The notes beneath the pieces were generated by a model. The model was given only the letters and a program-made list of their open reading frames with translations, was not told where the DNA came from and did not search any database. Below, piece after piece: positions 20,406 through 29,822 of a stretch of DNA of 37,845 bases. Within the stretch, counting starts at the first letter, position 1; each line of letters begins with the position of its first letter. Location: assembly GCA_017608945.1 (NCBI GenBank), contig JAFCEY010000003.1:1-37845 (forward strand), read 5' to 3'. The position numbers were made by a program, and so were the translations under genes. The DNA is from Candidatus Pacearchaeota archaeon (GTDB lineage Archaea > Nanobdellota > Nanobdellia > Pacearchaeales > GW2011-AR1).

Positions 20406-20618
20406 ATAATAGAATATCAAATTAAGTAATATATAAATGTTTTTTTAAGTTCAAATTGAATTAAAGTTAGGATAGGGAAAAAATATTGTTTCTATTAATT
20501 TCAATGTTCAGCAAACCGAAAAATCCAAAGTTGGGGATTTGTCGTTCATCAAGCATAGAGTGCCATAAAATAGGCGCATCTAGGGGCTCGGGCAAAATTA
20601 TAAATTGTAGTATTCAGA

Positions 20619-20861
20619 TTGAAACACAAAAATCCTTCAAGTGTTAGAAAAGATTTATCTTCAATAAAATTCTTTTTGAAATATATTAAAACAAAAGCTA
20701 GTCTCTCTAATCCAAAGAAGAACAACACTCTCCCAAATATTTTAACAACTGAAGAAATTAATGGAAATTATCTATTTGAATCTAATCGTGGAGGTAAGTT
20801 GACTAAAAAAACAATTGGAAAGATAGTTCAAAACTCTGCTAAAAAAGCAAGCATCAATTAA
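20619..20861 (+). pseudogene. Tyrosine recombinase (Xer/integrase) remnant with large deletions
   Basis: LSSIKFF, PKKNNTLPNILTTEEI fused directly to NYLFESNRGGKLTKKTIGKIV..SAKKASI. The catalytic Arg box, HxxR and Tyr regions are absent. Confidence 0.7.
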
Positions 20862-20892
20862 AAATATAAAGTCTTTTTTGATAATTTATAAT

Positions 20893-23367
20893 ATGAAAAC
20901 AGACTTTATTCCAATAGATTATGATTATTTTGATTTTCAGGGAAGAAACTATACAAAAATAATCGGAAGAAATTCTAAAGGCAAAAGAATTTGTGTTATT
21001 GATTCTTGTCCTGTTTATTTCTGGGCAATTTTGAAAGAAGGTTTAAAACAAGGAAAAATAGAAAAACTTATTGAGAAAATAAAAAAAATAAAATTAGACA
21101 TAAAAGGCAGGCAAACAAAAGTTGAAAAAGTTGAACTGCATGATAAAAATTTTCTTGGAAAAAAAGTTAGAGCTTTGAAGATTTTCGCAACAAATTACAA
21201 GGATTTACATGACATTGCTGACAGGCTTGGATTGCCAGAAATAGAAAAAAGAAGAGGATATGACCTTGGCTTTATAACTCATTACATTATAGAAAAAAAA
21301 CTTAATCCTTTACAATGGTATGAAATTGAAGGGGAAATAATAGATAATACCACCGAGTTTAACGGAATTGCCCAAGAATTAGATGTTGATTTTTGTATCA
21401 AAGTAGAGAATATTAAAAAACTTGAAAAAGAAGATTTTAAACTAAAAATCTTAACTTTTGACATTGAAGCAGATGAATTTAAGATAGGAGAAGGAGAAAT
21501 ATTAATGATCTCTCTTGTTTCAGAAAATTTTAGAAAAGTAATAACATGGAAAACCTCACCAAAATTTATAAAACATGATTATATAGAGTTTGTAAAAAAT
21601 GAAGCAGAACTTTTAGAGAAGTTTGTCGAATATGTAAAGAAAATTTCTCCTGATTTTCTTGTTGGATATTTTTCAGATGGATTTGATTTGCCATATTTAA
21701 AAGCAAGAGCAGAGAAAAATAAAATAAAATTGTCTTTAGGATTAGATGAAAGTCAGCCAAGATTTTTTAGAGGAGCAATTTCTACAGGAAAAATATTTGG
21801 AATAGTTCATATTGATTTGTTAAAATTTATTCAAACTGCTTACTCCCAATATATGCAATCAGAAACATTATCTTTAAATGAAGTTGCAAAGGAATTTTTA
21901 GGTGAGAAAAAAAAGGATTTTGAATTTAAACATTCATCAAAATTAAATGGAAAAGATTGGGAGAATTATTTTGAATATAATTTATACGATTCTATTCTTG
22001 TTTATAATTTATTTCAAAAATTTTGGCAAGACCTTTTGGAATTTACAAGAATAATGCAGGAGCCAGTGTTTGATGTTTCAAGAAACGGCATGTCAAATAA
22101 TGTTGAAGATTATATTTTGCATAATTTAGATAAGTTTAATGAAATACCAGAAAAAAGACCGACTTATGATGAAATCTCAAAAAGAAGAAAAAGACTTCCT
22201 TATAAGGGGGCTTTTGTTTTGCAACCTCAAGCAGGGCTTTATGAAAATTTAGCAGTATTTGATTTTACGAGCAGTTATGGAAGTATTATTGTAACATACA
22301 ATTTATCAAAATCGACTCTTTTGGAGAAGCCAGAAAAAGATTCTTATAGTATAGATATAGATAAGAGAAAAGTGTTTTTTTCAAAAGAACCAGGCTTTTT
22401 TCCTCAAATGTTAAAGGAAATAATCAAAAAAAGAAGACAATATAAAAAAGAATTAAAACAAAAACCAGATCCAGTGAAGAGAGCAAGGAGCAATGCATTT
22501 AAACTTTTAGCAAACGCATCTTATGGTTATTTAGGTTTTTTTGGAGCAAGATATTATTGTGAAGAAGCAGCTGCAGCAACAGCAGCTTTTGCAAGAAAAG
22601 CAATAAAAGAAGCTATAGAAAAAACAAATAAAGCTGGCTTCTCTGTGATATATGCCGACACTGATGGTTTTGCCTTCACTTTAAATAAGAAAACAAAATC
22701 CCGAACTTTAGATTTTTTGAAAAAATTGAATTCTCAACTTCCAGGGATAATGGAATTAGAGATAGAAGACTTTTACAAAAGAGGTATTTGGGTGACAAAA
22801 AGAACAGGAGAATTTGGAGCAAAAAAGAAATATGCATTAATTAATGAAAAAGGGAAACTCAAAATAAGAGGATTTGAGACTGTTAGAAGAGATTGGTGTA
22901 ATTTAGCAAGAGAAATTCAGAATAAAGTAATACGCCAAATCTTGAAAGATGGAAATGAGAAAAAAGCTTTAGAATATGTTAAAAAAATAATTAAACAAAT
23001 AAAAAAAAGAGAAATAGATAAAAGACAGATGATAATAAGGACTCAATTAAAAAAACCTCTTTCTGAGTATAAGGCTATTTCTCCTCATGTTATTGCAGCA
23101 AAAAAAATGAGAGAAAGAGAGATGCCTATTGATCCTGGAAGTTTGATAGAGTATTATATAGCAGAAGCAAAATCTGGAAAAAAAGCCAAGCTTATAAGAG
23201 AAAGAGTAAAGCTTCCTGATGAAAAAGGAGAGTATGATGTTGAATATTATCTAAAACATCAAATACTTCCTGCAGTTGAAAACATCTTCCAGGTTTTTAA
23301 CATTGATGTGAAGGAAATTATGGATGGAAAAAAACAGACAAAGTTAGGAGATTTTAAAAAGCATTAA
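20893..23367 (+). CDS. polB: Family B DNA polymerase
   Basis: Exo motifs FDIEA, FDLPYL, YNLYD; pol motifs DFTSSYGSII, KLLANASYGY, YADTDG, KKKYA; PIP box QTKLGDF. Confidence 0.96.
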   Translation: MKTDFIPIDYDYFDFQGRNYTKIIGRNSKGKRICVIDSCPVYFWAILKEGLKQGKIEKLIEKIKKIKLDIKGRQTKVEKVELHDKNFLGKKVRALKIFATNYKDLHDIADRLGLPEIEKRRGYDLGFITHYIIEKKLNPLQWYEIEGEIIDNTTEFNGIAQELDVDFCIKVENIKKLEKEDFKLKILTFDIEADEFKIGEGEILMISLVSENFRKVITWKTSPKFIKHDYIEFVKNEAELLEKFVEYVKKISPDFLVGYFSDGFDLPYLKARAEKNKIKLSLGLDESQPRFFRGAISTGKIFGIVHIDLLKFIQTAYSQYMQSETLSLNEVAKEFLGEKKKDFEFKHSSKLNGKDWENYFEYNLYDSILVYNLFQKFWQDLLEFTRIMQEPVFDVSRNGMSNNVEDYILHNLDKFNEIPEKRPTYDEISKRRKRLPYKGAFVLQPQAGLYENLAVFDFTSSYGSIIVTYNLSKSTLLEKPEKDSYSIDIDKRKVFFSKEPGFFPQMLKEIIKKRRQYKKELKQKPDPVKRARSNAFKLLANASYGYLGFFGARYYCEEAAAATAAFARKAIKEAIEKTNKAGFSVIYADTDGFAFTLNKKTKSRTLDFLKKLNSQLPGIMELEIEDFYKRGIWVTKRTGEFGAKKKYALINEKGKLKIRGFETVRRDWCNLAREIQNKVIRQILKDGNEKKALEYVKKIIKQIKKREIDKRQMIIRTQLKKPLSEYKAISPHVIAAKKMREREMPIDPGSLIEYYIAEAKSGKKAKLIRERVKLPDEKGEYDVEYYLKHQILPAVENIFQVFNIDVKEIMDGKKQTKLGDFKKH

Positions 23368-23391
23368 AAACCTCTTTATTTTTTAATTATT

Positions 23392-24528
23392 ATGAAAAAA
23401 ACAGACTATCAACTAAAGCCTCTTTTTTTTGAGAGAATGCAACTTCTTCTTTCAAATGAGAAGGATTTTAATAATTATTTAAAAATTTTAAAAAAACCTG
23501 TAGTAAATTTTATCCGTTGTAACACATTAAAAATTTCTCCAGAAAAATTAAAAAAAAGATTAGAGAATAAAGGATGGAAAATAGAGCAGCCTTTTAAAAA
23601 ATATCCAGAGATAATGATTGTTGAGGGAAAATTTGCAGAAACTAAAGTTTCTGATATGGAAGAGGTTAATAAGAAAAAAAATTCTAAGAATCGTGATGAA
23701 AGTAATGAGCAGAGTACTAATTACAAAAATGTTAAACAAAGTTCTCCTTTTAATAATATATCAAAAAAATCCGAGCGACAAGGGTCGCGAACAATTATTC
23801 CTCTTGAACCAGGCGAACTTGGAAGAAGCTTAGAACATTTGCTTGGTTATTATTATATTCAAGAAATTGCAAGCATGCTTCCCATTATTGCTTTAAAGCC
23901 AAAGCCAAATGAAATTATTTTGGATTTGTGTGCTGCTCCTGGAAGCAAAACAACTCAGATGTCTGCTTTTATGAAAAATAAAGGAACAATAATTGCAAAT
24001 GACATCTCTTTATCGAGGATAAAAATCCTCGCATCAAATCTTGAAAGATGTGGCTGTTCAAATATTATAATAACAAAAAAAGAAGGTTTTGCATTATGTC
24101 AAAAGTTCATAAAACAAAATTTTCAATTTGATAAAATTCTTTTAGATGTTCCGTGTTCAGGAGAAGGGACCTTAAGAAACAATCCAAAAACAGCTTTGAT
24201 GTGGAATGTAAATTCTATAAAAAAATTTTCATGGTTACAAAAAAAACTTATTGTTTCTGCTTTAAAGATTTTAGGGCCTAATGGTATATTAGTATATAGC
24301 ACCTGCACACATGCACCAGAAGAAAATGAAGAAGTTATTGATTTTGCTTTGAGAAATTTTAAAAATATTAAAATAGAATCTACAAATTTGCCTGTTAAAT
24401 GCAGGCAAGGAATTACAAAATGGCAAAATAGAACTTATGTTGATGATGTAAAAAAATTATGTAGAATTTATCCTCAAGACAATAATACTGGAGGATTTTT
24501 TATTGCGAAGTTGAGGAAAGTAAAATGA
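23392..24528 (+). CDS. NOL1/NOP2/Sun (RsmB/F) RNA m5C methyltransferase with a ~55-60 aa low-complexity insertion
   Basis: IRCNTLK, GYYYIQE.ASMLP, DLCAAPGSKT, DVPCSGEG, YSTCT (both catalytic Cys). Confidence 0.93.
   Translation: MKKTDYQLKPLFFERMQLLLSNEKDFNNYLKILKKPVVNFIRCNTLKISPEKLKKRLENKGWKIEQPFKKYPEIMIVEGKFAETKVSDMEEVNKKKNSKNRDESNEQSTNYKNVKQSSPFNNISKKSERQGSRTIIPLEPGELGRSLEHLLGYYYIQEIASMLPIIALKPKPNEIILDLCAAPGSKTTQMSAFMKNKGTIIANDISLSRIKILASNLERCGCSNIIITKKEGFALCQKFIKQNFQFDKILLDVPCSGEGTLRNNPKTALMWNVNSIKKFSWLQKKLIVSALKILGPNGILVYSTCTHAPEENEEVIDFALRNFKNIKIESTNLPVKCRQGITKWQNRTYVDDVKKLCRIYPQDNNTGGFFIAKLRKVK
23623..23799 (+). repeat. Dispersed element, copy B, in-frame within the NOP2/Sun gene
   Basis: Similar to 4141-4352; contains the GCGAC-AAGG-GTCGC hairpin. 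Confidence 0.55.
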
Positions 24529-24992
24529 CTCTAAAAATCCTAAACAAAAAAGAAAAACGAGAAATTGAAACAAAGCTTAAAAGCCAATTTGGAATAAAAA
24601 AAATTCCTGGATTGCTTATAAAGACAGGAAAAGAAAAATTATTTCTTTTTTCAGGAAATTTTGGTAATGAAGATATAAAAAAATTTGAAAAGCAAATTTT
24701 TATTGAAAAAATTGGAATTTATTTTGCAAAATTTATTCCTGGTGAAAATGTTATAAAATTAAGTATTGAAGGAACCCAAATCTTGAAAAGTCAGATAAAG
24801 AAAAATATTTTAGAGATTAATGAAAAACAAGAAGAACAATGGATGAAAGGACAGGATTTACAGATTCAAATAAGGAAAAAAGGATTTTTAATTATAAAAC
24901 ATGGAAATGATTTTTTAGGATGCGGAAAAGTTTCAGAGAAAAAAATAGGAAATTTTATTCCTAAATCAAGAAGATTAAAAGAAAAAGGTTAA
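24525..24992 (+). CDS. NIP7/RsmF-C-terminal-like PUA RNA-binding protein
   Basis: ATGA overlap with the NOP2/Sun gene; KLSIEGTQIL, WMKGQDL, DFLGCGK, NFIPKSRR. Confidence 0.75.
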   Translation: MTLKILNKKEKREIETKLKSQFGIKKIPGLLIKTGKEKLFLFSGNFGNEDIKKFEKQIFIEKIGIYFAKFIPGENVIKLSIEGTQILKSQIKKNILEINEKQEEQWMKGQDLQIQIRKKGFLIIKHGNDFLGCGKVSEKKIGNFIPKSRRLKEKG

Positions 24993-24993
24993 A

Positions 24994-25665
24994 ATGTTGG
25001 CTGAACTGGAAAGAAGAATTGAAGATGTGGATATTTTAACAGATTTTGATGAAACAATTATTAAAGAGAATAGTTATTATCTTCAATATTTTGCATATTT
25101 ATCTTATTTAATTTATAATTTAAAATTAGGAAAATTTGCAGAAAACCTCCTAAAAAGCATAAAAATTAGAAATGAATTTAAAAAAGATGAGAATTTTTTT
25201 GCTCTTTATTCCATTTTTGAAGGATGCCCAGTAGAAGTTTTAGACAAAACTGTAAAGAGATTAAATCAAAATGAAGAATGGGAAAATTTAATTGAAAAAT
25301 TAAATCTAGAGAAAATTGGGATTGTAAGTAGAAATAATTATAGAATTATTCATAATTATTTAAAAAACCTGAAAGAAAAGAAGACAAAAATTAATATAGT
25401 AGCAGCTAATATTCTAAAAATAAAAGAAAATTTTTATACAGGAGAAGTTAAAATAAATGTGAATAATAAAAACTTAATAGATTTTGTAAAAAAGAAAGAA
25501 TATATTTGTGGCAAGGATGAAAAGAGAATTTTAGAAAATTATAATGGCTTAAATTTTGAAAAAATGAAATCTGGATTATATGTCTTTTATAAGAAATCTT
25601 TTAGTGGCTTTGATTTTAAAGAACCATCAAAAAATAAAATTTTAGTAGGAAATAATATCAGATAA
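24994..25665 (+). CDS. HAD-superfamily-like protein
   Basis: N-terminal ILTDFDETII (motif I) and IGIVSRN (motif II); later motifs degenerate. Confidence 0.55.
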   Translation: MLAELERRIEDVDILTDFDETIIKENSYYLQYFAYLSYLIYNLKLGKFAENLLKSIKIRNEFKKDENFFALYSIFEGCPVEVLDKTVKRLNQNEEWENLIEKLNLEKIGIVSRNNYRIIHNYLKNLKEKKTKINIVAANILKIKENFYTGEVKINVNNKNLIDFVKKKEYICGKDEKRILENYNGLNFEKMKSGLYVFYKKSFSGFDFKEPSKNKILVGNNIR

Positions 25666-25881
25666 TTTTTTTCTGACTTTTCTGAATTGGACAATTTATT
25701 AAAAACTTTTTGAACTTATTTTGGAACAAAAATAGGAAAAGCCTTTTTAACTTTATACTCCTCGATTAATTTGATTCTTTGTGAGATACATTTTCTAGAT
25801 TTAAAATCTCTAACAGAATATCCTAAAGCAGATTCTTAAGAGAAAATTTTTAACTTTTATTTGAATGTATTTTGGTTCCAT
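25587..25881 (-). pseudogene. Possible eroded gene of unknown product
   Basis: ATG 25881 opens a 23-aa frame. A shifted frame continues for about 85 codons with two internal TAA stops, ending at 25587. Confidence 0.3.
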
Positions 25882-25939
25882 TTTTACAATGGAAAAAGAT
25901 TTTATAAATATTTATATAACATAAATTACACTTTTTTTT

Positions 25940-26818
25940 ATGGATAATGAAAAAATTTTACAGGCAGGAAAAATTGCATCACAAGTTAGAGAATATGCTA
26001 AATTAATTATAAAGCCAAATATGCCTTTACTGGAAATTGCAGAAAAAATTGAGGATAAAATTTTTGAGCTTGGGGGAAAGCCTGCTTTTCCTGTAAATTT
26101 ATCTATTAATAATATTACGGCACATTATACTCCTTCTCACGACGATAAAAGCACAGCAAGAGATTTGTTAAAAATTGATTTTGGAGTTTCTATAGAGGGG
26201 TGGATTGCAGATACAGCATTTTCCATTGACCTTGAAGGTAGTGAAGAAAATAAAAAATTGATAGAGGCAAGTGAAAAAGCTCTTGAGGAAGCAACTAAAA
26301 TTGCAAAACCCGGAATAAATATAAGTCAAATAGGAAAAAAAATTCAAGAAACAATTGAATCTTATGGTTTCTTGCCTATAATAAATCTTTCAGGACATGA
26401 AATGAGACAATATGAGCTACATGCCGGGATTACTATACCAAATATTGATGATAAAAAAAATATTCCTTTAAAGCCCGGACTTTATGCTGTTGAGCCCTTT
26501 GCAACTAACGGAACAGGTAAAGTTCATGATGGGAAGCCTTCTGGAATTTATCTTTTAGTTAACAACAAAAATCCAAGAAGCCAAACTGCAAGAGAAATTT
26601 TAAAATTTATTGAACAAACTTACAAAAGTTTACCTTTTTGTTCTCGCTGGATTATAAAAAAATTTCCAAAAGCATTAGCGTTATTTGCATTAAAGGAACT
26701 TGAAGATAATGGTAATTTACATCATTTTCCTCAGCTTGTTGAAAAATCAGGAAAAGTTTCCCAAACTGAACATACAATCTTAGTAGAAAAAGATAAAATT
26801 ACTATTACAACTTTATAA
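25940..26818 (+). CDS. map: Methionine aminopeptidase type II
   Basis: AFPVNLS, AHYTP, KIDFGV, IADTA, NLSGH, AVEPFAT, SQTEHT. Confidence 0.95.
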   Translation: MDNEKILQAGKIASQVREYAKLIIKPNMPLLEIAEKIEDKIFELGGKPAFPVNLSINNITAHYTPSHDDKSTARDLLKIDFGVSIEGWIADTAFSIDLEGSEENKKLIEASEKALEEATKIAKPGINISQIGKKIQETIESYGFLPIINLSGHEMRQYELHAGITIPNIDDKKNIPLKPGLYAVEPFATNGTGKVHDGKPSGIYLLVNNKNPRSQTAREILKFIEQTYKSLPFCSRWIIKKFPKALALFALKELEDNGNLHHFPQLVEKSGKVSQTEHTILVEKDKITITTL

Positions 26819-26819
26819 A

Positions 26820-27017
26820 TTATTTGTTAAATTTAGAAATTACATCTTCAAGGTATTCTTTTGCATAAGGATTCATTAACCTTGGTAAAATTTTTTTAGC
26901 TTCATTAATATAAAAATATCTTATATTTTCTTTTTTTCCATTAACTTCTACTTCGCAAGGATTTTCAATATGTGAAGCTAACAATATAACAGTTTCAATA
27001 TCAGATATTTTTTCCAT
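26820..27017 (-). CDS. Small hypothetical protein, last gene of the cdc48 unit
   Basis: 65-aa ORF starting 14 nt after the cdc48 stop. Confidence 0.6.
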   Translation of the reverse strand: MEKISDIETVILLASHIENPCEVEVNGKKENIRYFYINEAKKILPRLMNPYAKEYLEDVISKFNK

Positions 27018-27031
27018 TTTAAATTTTTAAA

Positions 27032-29326
27032 TTATCCAAGGTAACTACTAGGAGCAGGAACAGCTGCTTTTGAAGTTTTTAAGAAATTTTCTTCAATTTT
27101 TTTGTATGCTTCAAAAGTTGTTTTTGTTACACTTGGTTTTATTTTTTCAAGAGCCTTTTCAAAATGTTTTTTTGTAACTTGTTTAGTATCTGGGGATTCT
27201 CTTAATGCCAACATTCCTGCTTCTCTTACTAATGATTCTAAATCAGCACCTGTATATCCTGAAGTTATTTTTGCAATTTCCTTAAGATTAACGTCTTTTC
27301 CAAGAGGCATTTTTTTTGTATGAATTTTTAATATATTTTCTCTTTCTGTTTCATTAGGAGCATCAACAAGCAAGATTTTGTCAAATCTTCCTGGTCTTAA
27401 CAATGCTGGGTCAATCATATCTGGACGGTTTGTAGCTCCGATTACAATAACATCATTTAAATCTTCTAGACCATCCATTTCCGCTAACATCTGATTTAAA
27501 ACTCTTTCAGTAACTTTTGTCCCTGTTTCAATTCCTCTTTTTCCTGCAATTGCATCAATTTCATCAAAGAAAACAACACATGGAGCTACTTGTCTTGCTC
27601 TTTCAAAAACCTTCCTCATTCCTTCTTCGCTTTTACCAACCCACATACTTAATAAACTTGGACCTTTAACTTGAATGAAATTAGCTTCAGATTCATTTGC
27701 AACAGCCTTGGCTAATAAGGTTTTACCTGTTCCTGGAGGCCCATAAAGTAAAATTCCTCTTGGTGGCTTTATTCCTATTCTCCTAAAACTTTCAGGATAT
27801 TTTAAAGGCCATTCAACAGCTTCTTTTAACTCTCTCTTAATATCCTCTAAGCCTCCAATATATTCCCAGGTTATATTTGGTGTTTCAACTAAAACCTCTC
27901 TCATAGCGCTCGGACGAACAACTTTTAAGGCTTCTACAAAATCAAAATGTCTAACAATTAATTTTTCTAATACTTCTTGTGGGATTTCTTCTTCTAGTTT
28001 TATTTTTGGAAGATGTTTTCTTAAGACATTCATTGCTGCTTCTTTTGTTAAAGCTTCTAAATCTGCTCCAACAAAACCGTGTGTTGTTGTAGCAATTTCC
28101 TTAAGATTAACGTCTTTTCCAAGAGGCATACCTCTTGTATGAATTTTTAAAATTGATAATCTGCCATCTTTATCAGGAACATTTATTGATATTTCTCTGT
28201 CAAATCTCCCAGGTCTTCTTAAGGCAGGGTCTAATACATTTGGTCTGTTAGTTGCACCAATAACTATAACCTTGCCTCTTGACTTTAAGCCATCCATCAT
28301 TGTTAAAAGCTGGCTTACAACACGCCTTTCAACTTCTCCAACAACTTCTTCCCTTTTAGGAGCTATAGAATCAATTTCATCTATGAAAATTATCGCAGGA
28401 GCAGTTTTTTCAGCTTCTTCAAAAATATCTCTAATTTTCTTTTCACTTTCTCCGTAAAACTTGCTCATAATCTCTGGTCCATTAAGCAAAATGAAATTAG
28501 CTTCAGATTCATTTGCAACAGCCTTGGCTAATAAGGTTTTACCTGTTCCTGGAGGCCCATGTAAAAGAACACCTTTCGGAGGCTCAATCCCAAGTCTTTC
28601 AAAAATTTCTGGATGTTTTAATGGTATCTCAACCATTTCTCTTATTTTCTTAATTTCCTCACTTAAACCACCAATATCTTCATAAGTTATTTCTGGAATT
28701 CTTTCATCACTTACCTCAATAGCTTTTGGACTTAAAGAAAGCTCAGTATTCTCTGTTATAATAACTGGTTGATTTGGTGAGGTGGAAGCTACAACAAATC
28801 TTATTTGAGCCATTCTTCCTCCTAAACCAAAACCCATTCCTCCAAAAATCTCGTCAAGATTTCCAAAAATGTCATCAATATTTCCAAATTCTTCAGAAAT
28901 CAGATCTCTTCGTCTTTGAACTCCTCCTAATACAATTATATCTCCTTTTAAAACACTTCTTCCTAAAAGTCCTCTTTTTAATCCTTCATGGTCCTGAACA
29001 TGAACCATGATATTTTTTTGTGCAGGAGCAATAACAACTTTCTTTGCTTCTTTTACCTCTGCTTTTGAAATTCTGACAATATCCCCAATTCCAACTTTAG
29101 CATTTTTTCTTAATATGCCATCAATTCTTATAATTTTTTCTCCAATATCTGCAGGATATGCTTTATCTGCAATTGCAACTGTTTGTCTGTTTCCCTTAAT
29201 TAAAATTATGTCTCCTCTTTTTATCCCAAGTTCTCTCATTACTTCATTATCTATTCTTGCTATTCCTTTGTACGCATCATCCTGCAATGCTTCCACAACT
29301 TTTAGTTGAACTTCCTTTTTATTCAT
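27032..29326 (-). CDS. cdc48: CDC48/VCP/VAT AAA+ ATPase
   Basis: N domain plus two AAA modules (GPPGTGKT x2, DEID x2, RPGRFD x2) and a C-terminal YLG tail. Confidence 0.96.
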   Translation of the reverse strand: MNKKEVQLKVVEALQDDAYKGIARIDNEVMRELGIKRGDIILIKGNRQTVAIADKAYPADIGEKIIRIDGILRKNAKVGIGDIVRISKAEVKEAKKVVIAPAQKNIMVHVQDHEGLKRGLLGRSVLKGDIIVLGGVQRRRDLISEEFGNIDDIFGNLDEIFGGMGFGLGGRMAQIRFVVASTSPNQPVIITENTELSLSPKAIEVSDERIPEITYEDIGGLSEEIKKIREMVEIPLKHPEIFERLGIEPPKGVLLHGPPGTGKTLLAKAVANESEANFILLNGPEIMSKFYGESEKKIRDIFEEAEKTAPAIIFIDEIDSIAPKREEVVGEVERRVVSQLLTMMDGLKSRGKVIVIGATNRPNVLDPALRRPGRFDREISINVPDKDGRLSILKIHTRGMPLGKDVNLKEIATTTHGFVGADLEALTKEAAMNVLRKHLPKIKLEEEIPQEVLEKLIVRHFDFVEALKVVRPSAMREVLVETPNITWEYIGGLEDIKRELKEAVEWPLKYPESFRRIGIKPPRGILLYGPPGTGKTLLAKAVANESEANFIQVKGPSLLSMWVGKSEEGMRKVFERARQVAPCVVFFDEIDAIAGKRGIETGTKVTERVLNQMLAEMDGLEDLNDVIVIGATNRPDMIDPALLRPGRFDKILLVDAPNETERENILKIHTKKMPLGKDVNLKEIAKITSGYTGADLESLVREAGMLALRESPDTKQVTKKHFEKALEKIKPSVTKTTFEAYKKIEENFLKTSKAAVPAPSSYLG
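27273..28560. repeat. Intragenic direct repeats in cdc48: 71 bp (27674-27744 = 28490-28560) and 38 bp (27273-27310 = 28092-28129)
   Basis: Base-by-base identity read from the sequence. Confidence 0.9.
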
Positions 29327-29666
29327 CTTCCCTCCTAAAATCTAAAGATAATTTTCCCATTTCCTCTAAACATAATCTTACCATTTCATTCATGGTTTTC
29401 TTTTGTTCATTCATAAATGAGACTATTTTTTTAGGAATTGAAACTGCGTAAGAGTTTCCAACTATTCTCATTTTAACTTTAAATTCTTTATTTTTTAAAT
29501 TTTTGAATTTTTTATATTCTTGAATGTCAAGAGGATGAAGCACTTTTTCATTACATTTTGGGCAAATCATCGCCCTAAAAATAAATCCATCTTTAATTAC
29601 TTTTGTTTTTTCCATTTTTTTATTGCATTTTCTACAGAGAATTTTATTGTCAAATATATCTATCAT
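29319..29666 (-). CDS. Zn-ribbon plus AbrB/MazE/SpoVT-type DNA-binding protein
   Basis: CRKC...CPKC followed by [18 protein letters not shown]; overlaps the cdc48 start. Confidence 0.8.
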   Translation of the reverse strand: MIDIFDNKILCRKCNKKMEKTKVIKDGFIFRAMICPKCNEKVLHPLDIQEYKKFKNLKNKEFKVKMRIVGNSYAVSIPKKIVSFMNEQKKTMNEMVRLCLEEMGKLSLDFRREDE

Positions 29667-29689
29667 TTTTATTTTTTATTTAATTTTAT

Positions 29690-29730
29690 TGTATACACAA
29701 AAAATGTATACAAAATTGTATATTTAAATA
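29690..29730 (-). promoter_or_regulatory. TATA box (TTTAAATA) followed by tandem TGTATACA palindromes, putative operator
   Basis: TGTATACA at 29690-29697 and 29705-29712, TGTATA at 29717-29722, lying between the TATA box and ATG 29666. Confidence 0.55.
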
Positions 29731-29822
29731 TTTCGGTATTTATTTTGATAATTAATTTAGATTAAAAGATTTTAAAAACCTTTTTTTGGAAAGATGATTC
29801 ATTAAAAGGGTGGATTTTTTCT

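Noticed and set aside
20460..20620. Canonical integron attC/attI site
   Set aside because: No RYYYAAC...GTTRRRY paired boxes were found; the region is kept only as an uncharacterised structured spacer.
7306..29326. Inteins in GyrA, GyrB, PolB or CDC48
   Set aside because: Lengths are normal and no intein splice-junction or LAGLIDADG blocks were seen.
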